Positions 36,492-43,732 of a DNA stretch of 64,000 bases are shown piece after piece. How positions within the stretch are numbered: the stretch's first letter is position 1; every line of letters begins with the position of its first letter. This DNA is from SAR86 cluster bacterium (lineage in GTDB: Bacteria > Pseudomonadota > Gammaproteobacteria > Pseudomonadales > Pseudohongiellaceae), in the NCBI GenBank assembly GCA_002402175.1, contig NVVJ01000011.1, positions 610-64,609 on the forward strand. The letters are read 5' to 3'. The notes under the pieces were generated by a model, which searched no databases, was not told the origin of the DNA, and saw only the letters and a program-made list of their open reading frames with translations. The position numbers and the translations under genes were made by a program.

Positions 36492-38383
36492 TCTGCTTGC
36501 ATCCTACTTGTGTTTGTCAGGCGATTGCGTACAAGTTGCACATCAAAACCCGCAGGATGAACTGCAGAAAACTCCAGGGCCTGTTGGTAATAGGTTTGTG
36601 CCGAGCGCACCTGATTCAAATGCTCAAGGCTTACGGCCAGGTTAAAAGCATAGTCAGGGTTTACCTGCCCGGCCTCCAATGCGTTCGTTTTTGCGAGTTG
36701 TAATGCATTAAAATAGGCCTGCTGCGCCTCAGGCCATCGTTGTTGCAAAGCCAAAAAATTTCCCAGGGCATAAGCCAGAGGTGCTACAGATGGATGCTCC
36801 GCAACCAATCGCTTCAACTCTGCCTCCTGCTGCTGAGGCGTCCCGGACGGCATGATTTTCGACAAACCGACGCGAGCGACAGGGTCACTGGGGTCACGTG
36901 CTATTAATCTTGAATAGAGCTCTATTGCCTGAGATGTTTCATTGTTTATTACCGCAATAGTGGCTAGGCCAAGAAGTGCGTTTCGATGAAGAGGAGAGTT
37001 CACTAATACTTGCTGGTATAGACTTTTTGCCTGTTCCAGAGAACCCGCCTGATAGGCGCTATACGCCTGAGATGCCAATGGATTAATGCTGCTGGTTGTT
37101 ACCCGATGAGAGAAGCTGATTAGATTAACCGGCTCAGCCAAATCAGTCGGCATACTCAGCTCAGTCTGACCTACAGAGGATATCGCTAAGTTTGCATCGC
37201 CTAATGAAGTATCCGCAGGCACGGTCGAATTTTCTTCGATGGTGTTATCAGGCTCAACCGATATTGACTCATTCAGCTCCGCTACTGTAACCACATTAAC
37301 CGGAATGTTTGAATCCTCAATAGGCGGCTCATTTACTACAGCGATATCTTCAGTGTTATCGCGCTCAATTACTCCAGAGATGGAATTTTCAATTTGCACA
37401 CTATCAATTTGTACGTCTTCAGTAGTTGCGACAAAGGTGTCGAGGCCAGGTTCTTCGATTTCAGAATTCACTACCGCAGAATCAATAACATTAGTATCGC
37501 TAACCGATGACGTAGAAAAATCACGCGCAGCATAAGAATTCAAAGGAATGACTATTCCACTAGTGTTGTTTAACTCCGTATAGAGATAAATTCCAAAACC
37601 TAATACTACAATTACAACAGCAGTACCGGCGACTTGAAATTTCTGCTTTGGTCCAAAGGGCATCTTTTTCGCCGCAAATACACTTTTAGCTGAACGCCTG
37701 TCCCGGTCACTAGAGCCATGGGCGGCCTGAGTTTTTAGAGCATCAGCATCTAAAGGGCGACCTGGCGTAGCCGCCTGATTTTTCAGTTGCCTACTTGCGA
37801 TCTCAGCATTTTTCTGTGCTACTGCGGCAGTAACTGTGTCTCGCAGTTCAAGTTCACTCGGCAATGCTTCATGAACTTGTGCATTGTCATCGGTCGGTTC
37901 TTCGGATTCGGCTACAGGCTCATCAAATTGGCCCTTTGTGCTTTCAAACGAATAAGGCAATGTAATAACATTTACTGTCTCAGCTTCTGTCTTAGTCTTT
38001 ACCTCAGCACTACTATCTGGTGCATCCTTTTCGCTAATCTCTTCCTTCACCTGTGCTGTAATGTTTGTATCGGGTAGCTCAGGTTCAGAATAAGCTCCTA
38101 CTTTTTCTGCATTCAAAACAGAGGGGCTATCTTGCACGTCTTCGACGGCATCATCTGCCTCAAATTCAATTGTGGTGTCTAGTTTGATTTTCGAATCGAT
38201 GGGGGAGTCTTCAACAGCTAAAATATCGAGCGTCGGTGACACTGTTGTTGGGGCATCAGCTACGGCTAGGAGTTCTTCCGTTTGCGTCACTTCGGCCTCA
38301 ACCGTCATATTGAGCTTACTGTCTTGCTCGGCCTTTTTCTTTGCTTGCTCGGCCTTGCGCAACGCGTCCATTAGTAAACTCAT
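36488..38383 (-). CDS. Bitopic TPR protein with GspB-like N-terminus (MshN position)
   Basis: N-terminus MSLLMDALRKAEQAKKKAEQ. Long acidic cytoplasmic linker. TM AVVIVVLGFGIYLY. C-terminal TPR repeats (AYQAGSLEQAKSLYQQVL..., ALGNFLALQQRWPEAQQAYFNAL...). Confidence 0.65.
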   Translation of the reverse strand: MSLLMDALRKAEQAKKKAEQDSKLNMTVEAEVTQTEELLAVADAPTTVSPTLDILAVEDSPIDSKIKLDTTIEFEADDAVEDVQDSPSVLNAEKVGAYSEPELPDTNITAQVKEEISEKDAPDSSAEVKTKTEAETVNVITLPYSFESTKGQFDEPVAESEEPTDDNAQVHEALPSELELRDTVTAAVAQKNAEIASRQLKNQAATPGRPLDADALKTQAAHGSSDRDRRSAKSVFAAKKMPFGPKQKFQVAGTAVVIVVLGFGIYLYTELNNTSGIVIPLNSYAARDFSTSSVSDTNVIDSAVVNSEIEEPGLDTFVATTEDVQIDSVQIENSISGVIERDNTEDIAVVNEPPIEDSNIPVNVVTVAELNESISVEPDNTIEENSTVPADTSLGDANLAISSVGQTELSMPTDLAEPVNLISFSHRVTTSSINPLASQAYSAYQAGSLEQAKSLYQQVLVNSPLHRNALLGLATIAVINNETSQAIELYSRLIARDPSDPVARVGLSKIMPSGTPQQQEAELKRLVAEHPSVAPLAYALGNFLALQQRWPEAQQAYFNALQLAKTNALEAGQVNPDYAFNLAVSLEHLNQVRSAQTYYQQALEFSAVHPAGFDVQLVRNRLTNTSRMQAE

Positions 38384-38427
38384 GGGCTTGTCTCTGTATT
38401 CTGATTTTTACACACGATGTATATGAA

Positions 38428-40044
38428 TTAAAATGTAAGAAGCGATTTTTGAGCAGCAGTATTACCCGCGCTAACCGGCAAGTATTCTCTATATTCTTGA
38501 AAATCTGCATTAATACTGGCTCGCTTTATCACTGTCGGTCGAATAAATATTATTAACTCTGTTTTAACTGTATTTCTGTCTTTGATACCAAACAAACCAC
38601 CAATAATGGGCAGTCGGTTCAAACCTGGAAGACCGGTGTTACTATAATCTATAGTATCCTGCATCAAGCCGCCCAAGATAGCGATCTGGCCGCTATCAAC
38701 TTTAAGAATAGATTCAATCTCTCTAATCTGGATTTCCGGAATCGAGCTGATGACACCGGCGTCTGCAAGTGCTGGATTCGGATCATCGACGAAACGAATG
38801 ATTCGTGAAATTGTTGGTCGAACATTCAGCGTAACCTGATCGTTCTGACTTATCTGTGGCGTAACCGCCATGGTAAATCCTACTGGAACACTATGTACTT
38901 CACTGGTGTATACTGTAGGAGTTCCTGGCCCCGCTGCACTGGCCGCTGTTCCCGCCTCTACTTCTATAGTGAAATAAATTCGGTTATCTACAACCCGCAA
39001 CATAGCAGTCTGATTATTAAGCGCCATCAACTTGGGACTCGACAATACTTGTGTATCGCCAAACTGTGACAGCAGCTTTATGGTTGCGCTGATCGCGTCA
39101 GGCCCCGCGCTCTTGTCTATTGTCAATACATTTGTCGGAGTATCATCTAATTCAAGCCCAAGCAAATCCTGACTAAAGCTGACTTGTCCATTATCCCTTG
39201 CTAGCAGAGACCAATCGACACCAGATCTAAAACGATCATTCAGGTTTACCTCTACTATTGTCGCTTCAATCAACACTTGAAACAGCGCTCGAGTGCGAAC
39301 TGATTCAATAAAATCGTATATTTCGCGATGCTGGCGACTATTAGCACGTACCGTCACTAACCCACTTTCTGGACTGACTATAACCGAACGAGTACCACCT
39401 TCATCATCTATCGATTCTCCCAGAATAGCAGAGAGATTTTCCTGCAGCGTTTGCCAGAAATCATTGCTAGAAGCCTGGGTTAGAACACTAGTCGAAACAT
39501 TCGTATCGTCCTCACCTACGCCAGTTGAAACACTTACCACTGACTGTGCACTTCTAGAAACATTAACATAGTCAATTCGATAACTACGCAGTCCAGGCAA
39601 GTCAGGCTCCACAATTAAGTAATCTGCGCGCTCAAAATTCCAGCGGATGTCTATTTGCCGAGAAATACGATCGAGTATTTGAGGTAAAGTCTGATCAATT
39701 ACATTGAGGCTAACTGCTCCTCTCACATCAGTGTGCACATCGACATTTATACCTGCATCTCGCGCCATAGCAAATAGCAACTCCGACACTTGAACATCCT
39801 GAACCACCACCGAATACAACTCCAGTTGCGGCACAATCTGCGGCGCAGCCACTACTGGTAATGGTCTGACAATATCAGGAATACCAACTGACGAAATCGG
39901 TTCCGCAACTGACAAATGCCGACCCGAATCTGGTCGATTCTGAATTTGTTCTTTTTCCCCATTAGTCAGGTTATTACACGCCGTTAGTAGCGGCAATCCA
40001 GTAATAAGCAAAACAATTTTCCAATAGTTTTTCGACATACCCAT
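38428..40044 (-). CDS. MshL-type secretin lipoprotein
   Basis: Lipobox LLTAC. N-domain block YSVVVQDVQVSELLFAMARDAGINVDVH...LPQILDRISRQIDIRW. C-terminal secretin core LPIIGGLFG...TELIIFIRPTVI. Confidence 0.85.
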   Translation of the reverse strand: MGMSKNYWKIVLLITGLPLLTACNNLTNGEKEQIQNRPDSGRHLSVAEPISSVGIPDIVRPLPVVAAPQIVPQLELYSVVVQDVQVSELLFAMARDAGINVDVHTDVRGAVSLNVIDQTLPQILDRISRQIDIRWNFERADYLIVEPDLPGLRSYRIDYVNVSRSAQSVVSVSTGVGEDDTNVSTSVLTQASSNDFWQTLQENLSAILGESIDDEGGTRSVIVSPESGLVTVRANSRQHREIYDFIESVRTRALFQVLIEATIVEVNLNDRFRSGVDWSLLARDNGQVSFSQDLLGLELDDTPTNVLTIDKSAGPDAISATIKLLSQFGDTQVLSSPKLMALNNQTAMLRVVDNRIYFTIEVEAGTAASAAGPGTPTVYTSEVHSVPVGFTMAVTPQISQNDQVTLNVRPTISRIIRFVDDPNPALADAGVISSIPEIQIREIESILKVDSGQIAILGGLMQDTIDYSNTGLPGLNRLPIIGGLFGIKDRNTVKTELIIFIRPTVIKRASINADFQEYREYLPVSAGNTAAQKSLLTF

Positions 40045-40045
40045 T

Positions 40046-41767
40046 TTACTCCAATGTCAGGGCGGCAATTATGTTGTTTGCATTGCACTCAACACTGCTC
40101 ATATTTTGAACAAATGGCTTGTAACCATAAATAGGCGCGGGCAACTTATCGATAAATTCCTGCGCCAGGCTTAAACCATTGAAATTTCCATATTTGATGG
40201 TCCAGTACCCATTACTACCATCCGTAGACATGCACACATAGGATTCAGAAATTAGGTCTGCTTGTTCCAGCACTCTCAGAAAGGATTCTGCAAACTCTAG
40301 ATCGCCGGTCTCACCTGAGACAAACTGAACCGTATAGCTATCTCTATTTGTCGCTTTTAGCCAGTCTATAGAAGCGATCACTCGCTCCTGAACATGATTC
40401 CGCTCAATAGAAGTCGGCCTTTTTTCGCCTTGATCCGCTTCGCTATAGGTATTTAATTCCAGATTACTAAGCTGCTCATTTGTTACAACAGCGCCTTCGA
40501 TGAGTTCAACTTGATCAATGCTTACATAAATTGTGTTTTTGTCGTTAGTGTCAGCGGCGCCACTGTCTACCTCTGCAAGCCTGCGATCGACTATTTCACT
40601 TTTCTCTTCATTAAGAGTTGAAGCGTCCTCTATGACTTGTGGTGCAGATTTATTTTCGAAGGAACCCGAAGTAGATTCAATTTTCTCTGAAGTATTCGAA
40701 GAGAGCTCGGTAGTAATATTGCCCGCAAGGAACTCCTCCGGCAGATTGCCTAAGGTATTCACAGCTGCAAAGTTGTTTGGCCCAGGCTCAACCGACGCCT
40801 GATATCGCTCATCAATAACATCGGATTCCAACCACATTAGTAACGTAAACGCCATGAGGGCCACTACTACGCCGGCGCTTAACATGCGAAATGGAGATAG
40901 AAGGTTATGGAAAATAGGAGATATACAGTCGCTGTCCTGAATCGCCGCATAAACATGCCGCCAACCAATCATCGGTGCTGTCCCAGAGTTTAGCTCGGTA
41001 AATTCCAGTACATTGCCTGCATACGCTGCGAGTAATGCTTTATCTACCAGTATATTTATACGCCGAGTTAGCCCTCCTGATGCTTTGGCAAGCAACCATT
41101 CCGCCCCTGGAGTTAGTAATTGTGGGCACGGACATCCCGCCGCCCCGAGGCGAAAACGTACATATTCAGAAACCTGAGTAGTCGTCAGAGGATTCAGATG
41201 AAAACTGTGAGTAATCCGCTCTCGAAGCTGCCTAATGTGTTTTACGCTAAGGTTTTTATCCAGCTCTGGCTGACCAAATAAAATTATTTGCATCAACTTG
41301 TCACGATGAGTTTCCAGATTACTGAAAAGACGAATCTCTTCCAATGTGTCAACTGGCATACCCTGAGCTTCTTCAATAATTACCAGTACTCTTCGGTTCG
41401 CTCCATGTTGTTTTAACAGGTAGTTTTGCAACTGCTGCATTACTAACAACTTTGAAGTATCTCTACGTACAGGTAATTTAAGCTCAAATGCTACTGCGTA
41501 TAAAATTTCATCAGGGCTCAAATTTGGATTAGCCAAATACACCACTTCTGTGGAATCTGGTAAGCGTTCTTCCAGCATGCGGCATAACATTGTTTTCCCG
41601 CTGCCAACTTCACCAACAACCTTCAGTATGCCTTCGCCGCTTTCAATGGCGTACAGCATTGCTTCCAGTACTACTCCCCTACCCTGATGCCCGCCCGGAA
41701 AAAACAGCGATGTATCGGGTGTGATACGAAAAGGATGTCGCTCAAGCGAAAAGTAGTCCAGATACAT
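40046..41767 (-). CDS. ExeA/MshM-family AAA+ ATPase fused to a TM segment and a periplasmic SPOR-like domain
   Basis: Walker A GEVGSGKT, Walker B VLVIIEEAQ, TM AGVVVALMAFTLLMWL. The C-terminus YTVQFVSGE...GYWTIKYGNFNGLSLAQEFIDKL resembles a SPOR fold pattern. Confidence 0.75.
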   Translation of the reverse strand: MYLDYFSLERHPFRITPDTSLFFPGGHQGRGVVLEAMLYAIESGEGILKVVGEVGSGKTMLCRMLEERLPDSTEVVYLANPNLSPDEILYAVAFELKLPVRRDTSKLLVMQQLQNYLLKQHGANRRVLVIIEEAQGMPVDTLEEIRLFSNLETHRDKLMQIILFGQPELDKNLSVKHIRQLRERITHSFHLNPLTTTQVSEYVRFRLGAAGCPCPQLLTPGAEWLLAKASGGLTRRINILVDKALLAAYAGNVLEFTELNSGTAPMIGWRHVYAAIQDSDCISPIFHNLLSPFRMLSAGVVVALMAFTLLMWLESDVIDERYQASVEPGPNNFAAVNTLGNLPEEFLAGNITTELSSNTSEKIESTSGSFENKSAPQVIEDASTLNEEKSEIVDRRLAEVDSGAADTNDKNTIYVSIDQVELIEGAVVTNEQLSNLELNTYSEADQGEKRPTSIERNHVQERVIASIDWLKATNRDSYTVQFVSGETGDLEFAESFLRVLEQADLISESYVCMSTDGSNGYWTIKYGNFNGLSLAQEFIDKLPAPIYGYKPFVQNMSSVECNANNIIAALTLE

Positions 41768-41961
41768 TGCTATTGGCTCCTGCCAGCAAAAATCAACAAA
41801 TGACGAGACTTTTTAAGTTCGCCACCAAGTCCTGATCAAAAAACCAGCCCTAGTCACTTGTATCGGTCTACTTAAGAAGATATTGATTAAAAACGGAGAA
41901 ATAGGCGACTTTTTTTACCGCCGAAGATAAACAGGAATATAAATTACTAATTTGAATGTTT

Positions 41962-42621
41962 TCAGAGGCTTAAATCTAATCCAATCTCGTAATCTGGCAG
42001 AATTTCCAGCTCCTTACTGGCAGATTCCTGCCACTGTAAAATTGCCGGGTTTTCTAGCAGGAAATCCAGGTAAGCCTGGCTCGTATCGCTGATCTTGACG
42101 CCGTAGGTCCTAAATCGCATTGCCATGGGCGCAAACATACAGTCCGCAAGCGAGAAGTCGCCAAACAGGTAGCTTCCACGAGAGCAATGTCTGCTTCTTG
42201 CTTCAGCCCATAATTGATCCAGCCTTTTGCACTGTGTTAAAACTTCGGGAGTGAATTCGATTTCTTTTCTCGCCCTACAGTTCATGGGCATTTGCGAGCG
42301 TATTTCCATGAAGCCCGCATGCATTTCGCTGCAATAGGATCGACAAAGAGCACGAGTGTTCAAATCCTTGGGCAAGGCGAGTCCTTTAAGGTATTTCTCT
42401 GACACATATTCCAGTATGGCCAAAGAGTCCCAAATTCTATTTTCTCCGTCGAGCAATACTGGCACTTTCAATGTAGGGGAATACCTGGACAGTTCGATCT
42501 CATAGCCTTCAGTAAATAGCGGAATCCTAATCTCTTCAAAGGAAATTTCGAAATGCCGGAGTAATATCCAGGGCCGCATAGACCATGACGAATAATTTTT
42601 GTTGCCTATAACCAACTGCAT
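41962..42621 (-). CDS. Glutathione S-transferase family protein
   Basis: 219 aa. N-terminus LVIGNKNYSSWSMRPWILL is typical of a GST subfamily, followed by a GST C-terminal helical domain. Confidence 0.75.
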   Translation of the reverse strand: MQLVIGNKNYSSWSMRPWILLRHFEISFEEIRIPLFTEGYEIELSRYSPTLKVPVLLDGENRIWDSLAILEYVSEKYLKGLALPKDLNTRALCRSYCSEMHAGFMEIRSQMPMNCRARKEIEFTPEVLTQCKRLDQLWAEARSRHCSRGSYLFGDFSLADCMFAPMAMRFRTYGVKISDTSQAYLDFLLENPAILQWQESASKELEILPDYEIGLDLSL

Positions 42622-42773
42622 TTACATATCTCCATAGACGCAAGCACAGGCACTATGCTTATCACTTCCACCACGCCACCTTGTGTCTATTGCCCGAAAT
42701 ATGGGACTATAACTGAATCCTGTTGTAGCGGGCAATTGATCATTAAGATAGAATTTTTAAAGAGGTTTTTAGC

Positions 42774-43685
42774 GTGAGTACTCATAGATTTAACGGTGTT
42801 TTGACTCCTGTAATTACACCATTTCAGGAAGATCTAAGCCCTGATGGCGAACGCCTTGTTGCGCATTGCAAATGGCTGGTAAACCAAGGTGTCGGCCTCG
42901 CTGTTTTTGGCACCAATAGCGAAGCCAATTCTCTATCTATCAACGAAAAAATTCTATTGCTGAATCAACTGGTGGAAAGCGGCATTGATCCCGCGCTAAT
43001 GATGCCCGGAACGGGTAGCTGCGCTCTTACAGACTGTGTAAAGCTGACAGCTCACGCCGTTACACTTGGCTGTGCAGGCTCGCTGATGCTTCCTCCTTTT
43101 TTCTATAAAGCAGTCTCAGATGATGGTTTGTTTGGTTTCTATTCTGAAGTAATCGAACGAGTAAGCAGTTCAAATTTGAGGATATATCTATATCACATAC
43201 CCCCTTTTTCTCAGATTCCTATTTCGCTAAGTCTCATCGATCGCCTCGTTAAAGCCTATCCTCAAAACATAGTCGGCATTAAAGATAGTTCTGGAGATTG
43301 GGAAAATACAAAAGCATTTAATGCAGGAGGATGGCCTGACTTTAGGGTATTTTGCGGGTCTGAAAGCTTTCTGCTACAGAATATGCAACACGGCGGCGCA
43401 GGATGTATTTCTGCAACTGCAAACGTGAATCCTGCGGCTATAGTAGCTCTATACAACAATTGGGAAAGCCCAGAGGCCGATCAGGCACAGCAACAATTAA
43501 ATCTAATACGAAATATTTTCCAATCTTATCCAATGATCCCTGCACTTAAAGCGGCAACTTCACTCTATAGTAAAGACTCTAACTGGTTAAGAGTCAGGCC
43601 CCCTATAGTGGCCATGCATAATGATCAACTTGATCAACTAAAATCTCAATTGTCGTCAGCAGAATTCGATATGCCTGGGCTATAG
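42774..43685 (+). CDS. Dihydrodipicolinate synthase/N-acetylneuraminate lyase family (class I aldolase) protein
   Basis: GVLTPVITPF, GTNSEANSLS, YHIP, and Schiff-base Lys in VGIKDSSGD. GTG start. Confidence 0.8.
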   Translation: MSTHRFNGVLTPVITPFQEDLSPDGERLVAHCKWLVNQGVGLAVFGTNSEANSLSINEKILLLNQLVESGIDPALMMPGTGSCALTDCVKLTAHAVTLGCAGSLMLPPFFYKAVSDDGLFGFYSEVIERVSSSNLRIYLYHIPPFSQIPISLSLIDRLVKAYPQNIVGIKDSSGDWENTKAFNAGGWPDFRVFCGSESFLLQNMQHGGAGCISATANVNPAAIVALYNNWESPEADQAQQQLNLIRNIFQSYPMIPALKAATSLYSKDSNWLRVRPPIVAMHNDQLDQLKSQLSSAEFDMPGL

Positions 43686-43732
43686 GCATAAGCATCCGAT
43701 TACACGAAGGCAAACAGTACGCAGCAGGCTAG

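Noticed and set aside
41768-41961. Searched the 194-nt region upstream of the filament locus for a c-di-GMP riboswitch, a sigma54 promoter or a terminator
   Set aside because: There are no GEMM-like conserved segments. The only TGGCAG-N5-AATAGC match sits directly on the RBS and start codon, so it cannot be a promoter. Only 4-5 bp stems are present.
42690-42735. 7-bp inverted repeat TTGCCCG...CGGGCAA in the GST/DapA-family divergent region
   Set aside because: The stem is short with a 32-nt spacer and no associated regulator gene. It could be a regulator site but is indistinguishable from chance by eye.
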